DNA of 64,000 nt from Octopus vulgaris (GCA_951406725.2 OX597825.1:86118001-86182000); one strand, 5' to 3'. Shown: positions 26,927 to 40,688, numbered from the stretch's first letter. Notes: generated from the sequence alone by a model not told the origin. A program made the numbers and translations.

Positions 26927-28079
26927 CAACTAAATTAATATTTTAATGGGTTAGTTGAGTTGTATTTAAAAATTAATGTTATTTAATGAGAAAGAGAAAG
27001 ATAAAAAGAGAGAGAGAGGGGGAGAGAGAGAGAGGGAGAGAGAGAGAGAGAGGACAAGCAAAAAACACATCTTATTTGAAAAGAGCAGAACATGCAACTA
27101 CCACCATCATTGCTATACAACCACTGGCACCACTCCAACCACCACCACCACCACCAGTTCCAACATCCAACCAAAATTGGCCATTGATGTCAACCACCAC
27201 GAAGACTATTTGCAGCTGATAATTAAGTACCTCCAGAAGACAACCCTTCCTCTTTCTCCCTGCTTCCTTCCCCAACATCAACAAGAACCCATCCCACCTG
27301 ACATCACTACCACCTCAACCACTCCCCACTATCACCACCTTCACAGAAAGATTAAATTGCTTGTTAGATTCTGGAATGGTTGTGTGAAACTGGGATTGCA
27401 GTGACGGCAATGGAGGATGGAAGTTTTTTGAAACATTGTGGGAATAGAATGGAATGGGCCTTGGAGATTTCTCATTGGTTCCATTAGTTACTGGGAGAAT
27501 AGGAAAGAGCCAAAATACAAAGGCTTCAATTTATCTTCTCTCTTTCAATCACTTGGCTATGGCCATGCTGGGGCACCATCTTGAAGAACTTTTGGTCAAA
27601 TCAATTGACCCCAGTACGTTTTTCTTTAAAGCCTGGTACTTATTCTATCAGTCACTTTTGCTGAACCACTAGGTTACAGGGATGTAAACATACCAACACC
27701 GGTTGTCAAGCAGTAGCGGAGGATACACAAAGACACACACACACATCATTCATCATCATTTAACATCCGTTTTCAATCCTGGCATAGTTTGGATGGTCTG
27801 ACTGGAGCTGGTAAGGCTGGGGGGGGGGGGCCTGCACCAAACTCCATTGTCTGTTCTGGCATGGTTTTTTATGGCTGGACACTCAGCCTAATGCCAACCA
27901 CTCCACACAGTATAAAAGGGTATTTTTTATGTGGCACCAGCACGAGTGCTTTTAACATAGCCCCTGCACCAGTGCTAATCTTGTGTGGCCCCTGCACCAG
28001 TATCAATTCTGCTGTGGTAGGCGGATCTTCTTGAGTAGAGAAAGGCAGCAGATATCTCAGTCCTTTCTCGTCTCTTTTG

Positions 28080-28375
28080 TAAGGCTCATCTCTTTTGAGA
28101 TCAGCTTTCAATATTCTTCATCCCATGTCTTCCTGGCTCTCCCTCTTGCAGGACTTCCATCCACTTTAAGTAATTGGCAATTCTGTATGCAACTGTCTAC
28201 ATTCATAAGCATCACATGACCAAACCAGCACTCACTTCTCTCGTACACATTGCATCTAATACCTCTTGCGCCCAACTTCAATACACTAGCGCTCTGTTGC
28301 ACATATACACTGACATTGCACATCCAGCTGAGCATACAAGCTTCATTCCTCTCTAAACTTCATATGTCTTATGTA
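28080..28375 (-). mobile_element. Degenerate RTE ORF fragment
   Basis: WMCNVS...WFGHV...RGRARKTW. Confidence 0.8.
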
Positions 28376-28532
28376 ATCAGTGTGTGTGTGTGTATATCTA
28401 TATATATCATCATCATCATCATCGTTTAATGCCCGCTTTCCATGCTAGCATGGGTTGGACGATTTTGACTGAGGGTTGGCGAACCAGATGGCTGCACCAT
28501 CCTCCAATCTTGATCTACACACACACACACAC

Positions 28533-29003
28533 ACGGTGTGATGGGTAAATTGTCACCATTTTATATTTTTAATTTTGTGCATGCACGTTCTTTGTATTTG
28601 ATTTTGTCAACTCCACAGTATAGTAGGGTCATTTGAGCATTGTTTGTTTGTGAGAAAAACAGCACCATGACACAATTCACTCTGCCAGAAATTTGGAAAT
28701 GACATGCTGCACTGCTTGGCATTCAGGCCGGAAGCTCTAATATGAACATTTCAGAGTGTTTGGATGCAAATCTGAGGACCATCACCAGGGATATGGGAGT
28801 GTCTGAGTTTCTTAGGCAAGTAGTGCATGAAGACATTTGGTATTCCTCATACAAGATAAGAAAGGGCCAGCTTTTATGCCAAGCCATCAAGGATAAGAGG
28901 AAAGACCCCACTATGAAGCTTTTGAACAAACTCAAGCATCCCCTCCCACCGAACATGCTTTGGTTTTTCTCAGATGAGAAAAATTTCTGCCAGGATCAGG
29001 AGT
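28533..29003 (+). mobile_element. Tc1/mariner-superfamily transposase relic (internally deleted)
   Basis: HTH-like segment followed by WFFSDEKNF (first catalytic Asp motif). Confidence 0.75.
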
Positions 29004-30529
29004 GATTCTTATGTTGGTTGTCATTGCTGCTGTTTAACCACAGGTCAAGTATAATTGAGAAGACCACTGATCAACAGTTTTCCACTCTTTGCCATCCTGT
29101 CTTTCTTAGGTTGTACTTAAAGCTACACTATAAGGGAGATTTAGCTGCTATTTCTAGAAAGTTCAGCAACCTCAAAAAGATTTCCTTGTTAGTTTGCAGA
29201 GATGTTTCATGATATTGGTCAGTGCTTTGTAAAAGTAGCTTTATAATTGGTGATTAACAAGTTTGCTTTGCGATTGTGTATTTTCAGGTGCAGTCCCCCA
29301 ACTGGGCACCTCAAGCAAGTAGATTTCACCAAGACCTTCGATCGACCAAAACCTCAAGTGTGAAATTTGGAAGAGAGAAACAATATGAAAGCATGGTGGG
29401 TGGACTATATTCCTGTTGTAGGGAGATAAAATTAAAATGTGGTTTAATCTGCTTTAGTTGAGTCCACTCTGTTGTAAGCGTGGTGGCCAGTCTACAGAGA
29501 AATCCTTTCTTTTCTCATATCATCTTCAGAGATCCCTGGAAAAGGCCACGGAACACTATCCATCCTAGACCACTAAAATAAGCCTAGTGCTACAGGCCTG
29601 CAATGAAAGCCTTTATTATGTGCCATCACCAAACAAACTCGTACATTAAACAAGAAACATGTTATCAATAAACGGCTGTTTTATCTCTGGGAATATTTCC
29701 TACAATATTGCCAGCAATGGGAAAAAGTTGACCATGAAAAAATCAGTGACAATACCCAGGTCTACTATCAATTAACAAGGTCAGTGATGTTTGTTGTTTT
29801 GATCAGACATTTTGTTGTTCAACCAGATACCTTTTCATATCATTTTTACCCCACTCACCCACTCTTAACCCTAATTTGCCCTTGTGATCTTCACCCCAGC
29901 ACTCTGTATGAAATGCTGCACATATATATACATATATATTATTTAGAGAGGTCATCAAAGCACTCATCAGAATGTTGAAATATATTGCTTTTAGTTGTTG
30001 CTTTTAGCAATATCTTTACCTTACAGCAGCTTAATATTGATCCTAACTGGAATCCTTGTTCACATTTGTGAGAGTTTAAAGTGGGGAAGAAGGACTGGCT
30101 GGTTATTGTAGTATATGTGAAGAGAGGTAGCAAGACAAGTGAATATGTGAAGGAGTGTGAGTGGAGGTGATGTGACACAAGTGTAGTCAGCTAAGGGAAA
30201 CAGGAGCCACTCAAGTCGCAGTGAAAAAAAGAGGAGGGTGAAGCCAGCAGATCTATGGGTCAGAAGTTAGAGTGTGTTGCTGATTGAGTTTATAAACCAA
30301 TTAAGTAGCCTTTCTTGGGATGTGGTCTGTATTTGTAGAAGAAGCAGCAGCAGCAGCACTGATCTAAATTTGAGAGAAGTGCTCCAGTATGGGATTTACC
30401 TGAACTTTGTAGAAGATCAGTAATTTGGGGAGTCTGAAGAGAAGGTCAGTTTCTGGACAGTCAATCAACATAGAAAGGTTGCAGGTTGTAGACTTCCGTA
30501 TGTGACTTCGTTTAATATTGGTTTCAAAT

Positions 30530-30757
30530 CAGGGTGGCGAGCTGGCAGAATCATTAGCATGCCAGGCGAGATACTTAGTGGTATTTCGTCTGCCGTTAGG
30601 ATCTGAGTTCAAATTCTGCCAAGGTCAACTTTGCCGTTCGTCCTTTCAGGGTTAATTAAATAAGTACAAGTGATGCACTGGGGTCGATATAATTGACTTA
30701 ATCCTTTTGTTTGTCTGTTTGTCCCCTCTATGTTTAGCCCCCTGTGGGCAATAAAGA
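30530..30757 (+). mobile_element. SINE family A (tail type i, AATAAA-ending)
   Basis: 16-bp TSD aatattggtttcaaat at 30514-30529 and 30758-30773. Confidence 0.85.
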
Positions 30758-32079
30758 AATATTGGTTTCAAATTTTGGCACAAGGCTGGCAATTTCAGGG
30801 GAGGCTCTAAGTCAATTACATTGACCCTCAGTACTCAACTGGTACTTAATTTATTGACTCTGAAAGTCAAAGCCTCAACAGAATTTGAACTTAGGAATGC
30901 AACAAAGTATTTTGCCCAAGAAACTAAGGATTCTGCCAGCTCACCACCTTAACAACTTTGTTTAATATCACCACCTGGCCAACTATTTGACAGGGTTCAC
31001 ATTATTGTAATCCCTGGAACTACAGACTGCACAGTCTTCTCTTGCAGACATCAGTCTAAAGAAGTTCATACTGGGAGAACTCAAGAAATGCAATGGACCC
31101 TACTTTACCTGCCTTGATTAAATAAAACATCTGATTCAGGTGAGAATCACACTAAATATTCACTACCCTGCACAGGAAACTATTTGTGATGGCAAAAGTT
31201 AGAATTCACATCGTCATCATCATCATCATTTAATGTCCCCTTTTCCAATACTGGCATTGGTTGGACAAGAACAGACGAACAGGGGTCTCAGCCAAGTTCT
31301 GTGCCTGCTTTGGCATAGTTTCTACAGCTGGATACCCTTCCTAATCTCAACCCTATAACAGGGTGCACTGGATGTGTTTCACATTGTACTTTACAGATAA
31401 TCAAACAAGAAAACATATTTTCCCAAACAGACACACAGACACACACACAAGGTGCAGGTGTGCTGGGTAACTAAGAAGCTTGTTTCCCAATCATTGGACT
31501 CAGGTTTGATCCCACTGAATTGCACCTTGGGCAAGTCTCCTCTACTATAACACTAGGCCAACCAAAACCTTGTGAGTGGATTTGGTAAATGGAAACTGAA
31601 AGAAGCCCATTGTGCATGTGTGTGTGTGTGTGCTCTTTCTTGACATCACAAGATGGTTACAAATGAGTATCACCACCATACAAGAAGTTTGCTTCGTATG
31701 TCTAATTATCAGGAAATACTACCATGATAGGAAAGAGGTGAGCACTGGTGACAGGAAGGGCATCCCAGCCATACAAAATCTGCCCACGACAAACTCCTTA
31801 TGCAAGCAAGGAAAAGTGGATGTTAAAACAATGATGATGGTAATGATGATGATGTAAGTAGAAGCACCGTTCAATGACTATCAGGGGAAGTTTGTAATTT
31901 AGTTTCCAATTACGGTCGTTTCTTTCATTTGAGTTGCTGTCACCAATAAAAAAGATGCAAAAGAGTCAATTCCTTCTCTTTCCAGAAATGGGAAAGTCCC
32001 CCTCAAGGAGCAGCCAATCACCTGTAAAACACAGCTAAACACATGCCGAAAGAAAGGCTCTTATTCATTCTATCAACCA

Positions 32080-33078
32080 CAGAGAGACAGTTCATCCAGT
32101 CCCCACCTCCATCTTGACAGCCCATCAAGCTACTGACAGACAGCTATTCCACCCAATGACGGACTGTTCATCCAGCCCCTAACAAACAGCTAATCCACCC
32201 AATGACAGAGCTAATTCAGCCACCAAGAGATAGCTAATAATCCACTGACTGAAAGCTATCTGATCCTCTTTAACAGTGAACTAATCACTTATTAATACAC
32301 AGATAATCCCCTATTAACAGATAGCCAACCCCCCACTAACACAGCCGGTCCACTCACTGACAGAGGATTAATCTGCCACTAACAGTTAATCATTCTTTAA
32401 CAGACAACTAATCACTTTTTAAAGATAGCTTATCCTCCACCAATACGGCTAATCCATTTACTGACAGACAGCTGTTAACCCCCACACAATCAGCTAATCC
32501 CTTACCAACAAATAATCAATCATCCATTCATAAACAGATAGTCAATCACTCACAGACAGTTCTGCTGATCCACTCACCAACAGGCAGCTAATTACCCACA
32601 AATCCACTCAGCTAATCTTCACTGAGACAGCCATCGACAGGGGCTAATCTACCAGTCATCCACAAACAACTAATCCACTGATAATCGCCCATCAACAGAG
32701 AGCAAACCACTCATTAACTGAGAACTAATCTCCTCGTTACCAGACAGCCAATCCTCCAGCAACAGACAGATAATCACCCAATGACAGCTAGCTAATCACA
32801 TACTGACAGCTATACCACCCAACAACAAAGATAATCCATCCACCAACAGACAGTTAATCACTCCTTAACAGTGGACCTAATCACCCACTGACAGACAGCT
32901 AATCACTCTCTGCCAGAATAGCTAATCATCCATTAAGAAAGAGTTAATCCACCCATTAAAAGACAGCCAACCCCCAAATGACAGACAGCTTATCACCCAC
33001 CACCCCGCCCACTAATCACCCATTAACAGACAGCTAATGACTCATCGACAGACAGGTAATCACTCATTGACAGTTAGC
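32080..33078. repeat. Degenerate ~21-22-bp tandem array, consensus about TGACAGACAGCTAATCACCCAC
   Basis: Roughly 40-45 diverged units counted by eye; no ORF. Confidence 0.85.
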
Positions 33079-33665
33079 AGTGATTATGACACCAGGTCCA
33101 CTTGACTATTGCCATTAGTTGTCTTTTGAGAGAAAACAGAAAAGATCCAGACTCTCGAAAACTCCTCCTTCGAAGGAGATTGTTGTCAGTCAGGCAGACA
33201 GGGGCAACGGAAACAGAATGTAAGATTGAACTTACGACCATGAAAGTCAGTGTGTCCCGGTCCCACCCTTCTCTCTTCCTTCCCTTACAGAGCCCCCAAA
33301 AGGGAAACGAGAAAGTGCAAGATGAGGTTAGGGTGCTCATCACTCGCTGATTCCAAGATCCTGTTGTCATTCCGTTGTTGTTCGATCGCATGCCGATGAT
33401 CAAACACATTCCAGCCATGATCATCTCACCTCCCCCCTACATTATCCAATATATACTTCTCTTTCTTAAAATGATGGTATGGGATTTGAGGGAAATTTGG
33501 CTGCTATTTCTAACGGGTCAGACGATCACGTACAGCCATGCCATTTCGTTCCAGATAGTATCTCTGTGAAATGACTATCCGCGTTAAAATTTTGTTGTTC
33601 TTTCCATGGCTTTTGATTCCGTCATGTAGAAATCAAAATAAACAACACGTGTTCGACACCCGAAT

Positions 33666-33872
33666 GGTACTACTAGCGAACAGTGGTCCCGGTGCGCGCT
33701 AGCTAGTCGTGACTAGTCGATCCTACAACGACTACCTAGCAAAGTAAATAAAACACAAAATAAATAATTTTTGTTAAACAAAGTAAATAACACAAAAACA
33801 CAAAGTAAGGAACGACTAGCTAGCGCGGATGCGCGAGTACTCGCACCGGGACCACTGTTCGCTAGTAGTACC
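33666..33872. mobile_element. MITE, probably Mutator-like
   Basis: 31-bp perfect TIR GGTACTACTAGCGAACAGTGGTCCCGGTGCG plus an inner 14-bp inverted segment. 9-bp TSD cacccgaat / cacacgaat. Confidence 0.8.
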
Positions 33873-33989
33873 CACACGAATTCCTGGTTACCAAGGAATA
33901 ACAAATCCCTAAACATCGTAATCTAAAAGTTATTTTTAATTCTCTGGTCCAGGACATATCTGTGTTAACCACGTTTAAAAGTTTGCATA

Positions 33990-34030
<41 letters not shown>

Positions 34031-34169
34031 GGTCCCGGGTTGATTCGGGGTTAACCACAGTAAATAAGGTACTCAATACATAGCAGAGTATATATATATA
34101 TATAACATAAGGGACTAAAGCCATCTGAATATGGCTAGGGACAGGGCAGGGTGGTGGGGGTGTTACTGT

Positions 34170-34211
<42 letters not shown>

Positions 34212-34225
34212 TAATTTGTTATTAT

Positions 34226-34288
<63 letters not shown>

Positions 34289-35385
34289 TGTATATAGTTC
34301 CCTTGGTTGGACTATTTTGAAACATTGTTAATAATCACTGCCTATTGAAGGGATCGAACTTCGGCATTTCCTTATTTATTTATTTCTTCCGCCTCTCAAG
34401 GACATTACGACACATGCGAAGCGAGTTCGAGTATTACCAGATCTACCCACTAATTTAGACATTAACCTTTAAAAGTTTGGTGTGCAAGTGAGACAGGTAA
34501 TAGTAATTGAACACACTGAACTAGAAATAAAAGGGAATTTGGGGGATATATCCAGGATGGGGCAGAGGAGGTGATGCGAATCAACCTGGACATTAGAAAC
34601 AGAATCGTTTTTCAATTTGATCCACCAAAAAGTAAGGACATAAAAAAGGACTTCAATGTCAACTGAGAGATATAGTTTTGAACTTATTTCCCGGCTCCAT
34701 TAGGACACGTTTTTGGTTTTCAATGTCATCTTAATTAAAAAGGTTAACAAGGTAATTAGCAAGAAAGAAAAACGTAGAAACTTGATGAATGAAAACACGG
34801 GATCGGATCTAATGCTTTCTTTTATATAAAAGTTTCCATATCAAACAAACAACAAGGGATCGGGGTTAAATTAAGGAATCACCTTAACCCTCCCTCCAAA
34901 TAATAATTTAAAAAACGTGTTTTAGAAACTCGAAACTTTATTTGTGAATAAATTATGGAAGGAAAGTAATAAAGGTAAATGTTTAATAATAAATACCAAC
35001 ACGACTCGTTCTAATGAGGAAAATTAATTGAACTCGAAAGAATCCGAATATTTGCAAACAATATAATAAAGCTTGCTAAATATAAATAATTAATTTTATA
35101 TATACATATATAAATAATTGAACATATACAATTCGAGCACATGTCTGTGTGTGTGTATATATATATAATTAATTTTATATACATATATATATATATAAAA
35201 TTAATTATAAACATATATAATTCGAGCACATGTTTGCGTGTGTATATATATATGTATGTATACACACATATATATGTATATGCATATACACACACACATC
35301 AATGTATGTGTATGTGTGTGGAAGTGAAGTAAATACAGCAATTGTGGTAATAGAAATGGCACATAATTGCCAGTGTTTCGCTTAC

Positions 35386-35530
35386 CTGAGTGCTGCTCTT
35401 ATAAAATTGATAGAACCAGTCCGACGATCATCCAAGGTAGACGATATAAGGTAGACAACCGACGAGTTGCAATATTTTGCTCTTTCGCCGTCTCTGATCA
35501 AATTACACGGAGAAAGCCATCTTTGAAGGA
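35386..35530 (-). other. DAP3: Probable DAP3 non-coding first exon (5' boundary approximate)
   Basis: Strong donor CTCAG|gtaagc at 35386/35385 in CpG-rich DNA. Splicing to 23875 places an in-frame TAA upstream of the ATG at 23855. Confidence 0.55.
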
Positions 35531-36700
35531 GGCCGACAGGATTCTGGGAAAAGAGGCTGGAAGCTATTTTTTGGGAAAATTATTTCTGTTTTCGATTTTG
35601 TCGATGTTATTTCTAAAATTGAATCGATTACGAAAAGAGAAAAGATAGAGGCAGAGTATTATTTGATGACCTGAAAAATGAATCTCGCGAGATGTTATTC
35701 ATTTATATCTTTACCACAACAACACGAGTAAATCCGAAAGGAGTAGAATTTCCTAATCCGACAATCTTTTCAAGTATTAAACTGATTCGTTCGATCCACG
35801 GCGAATAGATTCGACTGGAAAGGAAACATCATATTCTTTGTGATTAATGTAAGGATCGTGAGGAAAAGAGGCGTTGGAAGTGGTTGGAAGGAATTGATTT
35901 TCGGTTCGGAAACTAGATTTACGTAACTGTCGAGCTCCGCTGCCAACCGCCATATTGTGAATGTATCCTAGAATGGTTTGTACGGATTGTTTGGGTGAAC
36001 CATTTGCCCGATATTTTCACTATTTCCACCTATCAAACTGAAAGAAGATAAGGTAGGCTATCGAGCAGATGATGTTTGAACTGGATGACATGTATTGTTT
36101 ATATCATAGTCGCTTCATGTCTTCTGAAAAGAGTAGTTTTGGCGGTCACCTACGTGACCACGCTTCTTAGAAGAGAAAAAAAAAAGAAAAGAACCAAGCA
36201 AATCTTTGCCTATTTCTCTCTCTTTCAAACTATCTCAAACGGTACTTTACCCAACACCATTTCCACCTTGTATCTCTAACGATATTGCATTTATTTATCA
36301 ATCGTTTTCTCTCATCGGAACCGTCTGCAATTATTCTCTGCCAACACCACACACACACACACACACAGATACACACACACCTATATACATATGTGTACAT
36401 ATATATACATCGACACACACACACACACGCACGTACAGTTTTATTATTAAGGAAGCTTGTTGTTGACTGCCAATTTCCATCACAAATCGCTCAATTATTC
36501 TCGTCGCTGTTTTTCCTCTTCAGCCAAAAACTCATTTTTCTCCCAAACCAAAATCTATTCCAACCAAAATCTGCTGCGATTTCTCTTTTATTATCGACAC
36601 AAATCACAACACTTGTTCTGCTTTTTGTAAACACTCTTCACCATCGAAGAGACCTCGAAATCAACTGGTATTTTCCCCGGGTTCGATCCCTTTTCACTGC
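35400..36700. promoter_or_regulatory. Bidirectional promoter region of DAP3 (-) and ASH1L (+)
   Basis: CpG-retaining unique sequence between two divergent genes. YY1-like GCCATCTTT at about 35516. Minus-strand donor at 35385 and plus-strand donor AAG|gtaggc at 36052/36053. TSSs cannot be located from sequence alone. Confidence 0.55.
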
Positions 36701-37350
36701 TGCTATGCTGTAACAAGTCCTCCTTCGAGCTGCTCCTATCTTCTTCTCCCATCTTCTTCTTCTTCTTCGATATCTATTCACACTAACCACACATTTATGA
36801 TCACTATTGTAAACAACGAACGATGCACATGGATTTGTTTGATAAACTTGGATTATAACCGTCTCATTAATTCGCCCTAATTAATATGTAATAATCGTAT
36901 TGTAGAAACAAAAACAAAAAAAAATACAAAACGAAAGCTTTTGCAGTGATAATCATCATTTTTATTATTATCTCCGATCGATAATTGAATATTTTCCATA
37001 TCTGTTGTGGATGTTAATTAATTATATATGTCATACTTTTGACAAAAGTGCAATGAGTTGCGCTCAACGAAATAAACCAACGGAGACGTTTATTCTGTAA
37101 ATTTGTAGATCGAGCCATCAAAAAGGGAATCACAAAAAGAAACAGGAAGATCTTCCAGGCTTCTTTGCAGTTTCCACTTATATATATATCGTTATTATAT
37201 TATTATATCATATAACTATTTATCTATTATTAATATTGTCATTATTGTTCCTTGGTTCTGTCTCACATTGTTGTGAGAAGGAGAACCAAGCAAGTTCGGT
37301 CGCACGAACTAACTTCCAGGAACAACTGGAGTTGGGGCGTGTACCAAGCA

Positions 37351-38127
37351 ATGAGTGAGTTGGACAGATCGAATTCAGCGTACGACAAGAAACTGACCCA
37401 CGGATATAATCCTGAAGCCGAAAATAGTAGTGACGAGACTGATTCCTCATCTTCGCCATCATCATCATCACCTTCTTCATCTTCCTCATCGTCTTGTTCT
37501 TCTTCCACATCGGAGAACTGTACCTCTAGTGGCGGTGCCGAATCTAACTACGACGACAACAACAACAACAGCAACAGCAACATCAAAACCAGCCACCACC
37601 GCCGCAACAGCAGCAACAACAATAACAAAGACAAGAACACAAACGACGACGATGATGATGATGATGACGACGACGACGACGATTACGGAGACTGTCAGCA
37701 CGAAACGAAGGAGTTTCGGATTCAAGAGACGAACTTCGATCGGGGCCAACTGAAGTTAAAGATCTTTGCCAAAAGGAAAAGCGTCCAGACGAAACGATCC
37801 CACGTTTGGCAACCAACAAATACAAACAACAATAACAATAACAACAACAACACTAATACCACCACTACCACCACCACAACTACTGCTGCTGCTACTACTA
37901 CTACTACCACTAGTAATACTACCACCACTACCACTAGTAGTTGTAGTAGTAAAGCACCTGCTAGTAAGGTGTCCAGTACCTGTGGCGACGGCGGCAGTGT
38001 TACCGCTTCTTTGGATATTACTACTCCAGATCAACGACCTCCCTTAAGAATCACAATAAAGCAACCTCACCAGTCTTCAAAGACCCCCGTCGGCACCTCT
38101 CAGCCTGTTAAGGAACACAAGGAATTG
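37351..38127 (+). CDS. ASH1L: ASH1L/ash1 histone H3K36 methyltransferase, first coding exon (259 codons)
   Basis: ATG at 37351 to GAATTG|gtaaaa. Contains FRIQETNFDRGQLKLKIFAKRK and RPPLRITIKQP, matching recalled human ASH1L [23 protein letters not shown] and RPAIKTTIKHP. Otherwise Ser/Asn/Asp/Thr homopolymers. SET/PHD/BAH exons are not in the window. Confidence 0.85.
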
Positions 38128-38241
38128 GTAAAAACAAAAACAAACATTCTTATACATTCTCTTGTTTTTGTTTGGTTTTAAATTTTCCCTATTTCTCTCT
38201 CTCCAGTCGCCTATCCATTTTGCTTCTATATTCCCCCGATC

Positions 38242-38321
<80 letters not shown>

Positions 38322-39261
38322 GTATCGATCACTCTATCATTGTGTCTGTTTACCTCTGATTCTATTTGTCTGTGTATATCTAACAATATATGTCTGTTTA
38401 TCTCTCTCTCTCTTTCTTGTATAGTCTTTTGACAACCGTCATCTCCAAACAAATCTATTTTAAAAATTGTTCAACGAGTCACTACATTTATTCATTTATT
38501 TATTTTCTAGTTGTTGTTGTTGTTGTTGTTCTCTTCATTGATTGATGATGACGAACGTCATCATTTGCGATCCATTTAAATTTCTATCTTTCATATGATG
38601 CTGATGTTAACGGTGATGATGATGATGATAATTGAGAAATGTCTTTTTAAAAATATTTCTCTATACTCGTTCCATGTGTTTATTTCCCCGTTTTGTTGGA
38701 AGAGAGGAGGGGGGTGGATTGAGACGGGTTTAACATCTCAGTGCAACATAAATAACTTTATTAAGAACCAACAATTAATTAAATTTCATGCTTAATTGAG
38801 TAATTACGAAACTGTTGCCACGATTACTATTATTATTATTGTTATTATTGTTATTGTTGTTATATAAATCGCTGGCTTATGTAACTGGAATCATAATTAT
38901 TGGCTCAGACAAGAGAGCGCCGAATTCGATGCTTGAAGCTTGGTGAGTCAAAAAGTGATGGAGAATGATTCAGACTTGCATTTCCGTCATCGACTTTCAT
39001 CTGTTGTTTAGCCACAGGTCAGTCCTCGTCCTGCACATCCTATCATCACAGATGTTTTCAACGTGACCACTCCGTCTTAATTAGATCAGACAGTATATAT
39101 CTAGGACAACATTATCAAATGTGTCTTTTTTTTTTTTTTTTAAAGTTTGTAAGGAATCGTTTGAGGGAGTGTTGGCTACTTTTTCATCTAGAGATCGATA
39201 AAACGAGCAGAAACTGGATACTGATGCCGAGTTAATCGCCAAATACACTCACACACACACC

Positions 39262-39304
<43 letters not shown>

Positions 39305-39968
39305 CCTCTTTCTCTCACACACACACACACATACACATTCCTATGGTAGGGAGTGAATGTATTAATATTTGTAATAGTCACGAATCTCGACTGAAAACCT
39401 TCGTGGATAATTGTCATGAGGGTACCCTTGTGGTCTGCATCCCCGTGAGTAGAGAGAAGTGGATCTCTTGGGTATTAATGTGAAGATATAAACAGGGGAG
39501 AGGATATAAGGGGAAAGTTTTTAGATTAGAATCAGCGTTTTTAGATTAGATCAGCGTGGAATGGAAGGGTTTAATAGGTAGAGGATACCCGTGTGGGATC
39601 ACCTCAGAAAGTGGGGTTTGTCCTATGTGAGGAGCATAACCCGAAACGTTACTTCCCTCCCCCCTCTCTCTCTCTCTTCTCCTCTCCCCGATCTCACAGA
39701 CGACCCACTATTCACCGTAACCCAGTTTATATAAAGTTGTTTGCCTGAAATTCAATAAAATATGTAGAAAATTTCGTCTGCCCGAAATGTCAGGACTCCG
39801 TTCTCCTTATCTTGTTTTACGGATTTTAAACAAAACAAACGATCCACTTTCGTATCATTCAGTGTTTAACGATTGAGCTGGAAGAAGAGTTTCGGGCGGT
39901 AAACTGTGAGGACGAACAGACACACACACAACGCGCGCGCACACACATGCACTGTGCTTGGTAAAGCT

Positions 39969-40007
<39 letters not shown>

Positions 40008-40180
40008 ATAAAAGAGCTTAGCAAATGTTTTAACATATCGGTGTGTTATGTATTATAGACTGTTAAATCAACTAATGGTGAACTCCCCTCGTGATTAAAT
40101 ACTTCTGAATACACTCTTTAGATGAAAAGACGATGGGAGAGGGCGTGTGCGTCGCCGCCTCATACAAATGGGATATATAT

Positions 40181-40215
<35 letters not shown>

Positions 40216-40655
40216 AGTTATATATATAAGGAGGAGAGAGGGAGAGAGAGATACATAATTTTATATTAGACGAAATTGTTAAAGGAGTAACTCAAAGATC
40301 TAGAGTTTCGTGTAGATGAATATAGATGTGTACACGTCCCTCTCCATGCCTTTATATCTAATGACTCCAAGTTATATATACACACATATATATAATGTGT
40401 GTAGACGTTAGCTTTTGCTGACTGAGCTCCATTCATTTATGTGTGTCTCTCCCCCTCCTCCTCCCCCCGTTTCAGTCTTTACGATAGCACATCTCTCTCC
40501 CTCCCTCCTACTTCTCTCTCTGTGTTCCATATTTCATTATCATGAGAACCAGTCTCCGTGTGTCTGTGCGCGCCTATTTCTGCTTTTTCTACACAGTGTG
40601 GGTGTGCACACTCCCACCTACACTCTCCATTTGTATTCATGGATATATAATATAT

Positions 40656-40688
<33 letters not shown>

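Noticed and set aside
39590-39660. Possible hammerhead (ccgaaacgtta)
   Set aside because: The CUGANGA core is not recognisable; at most a decayed Penelope relic.
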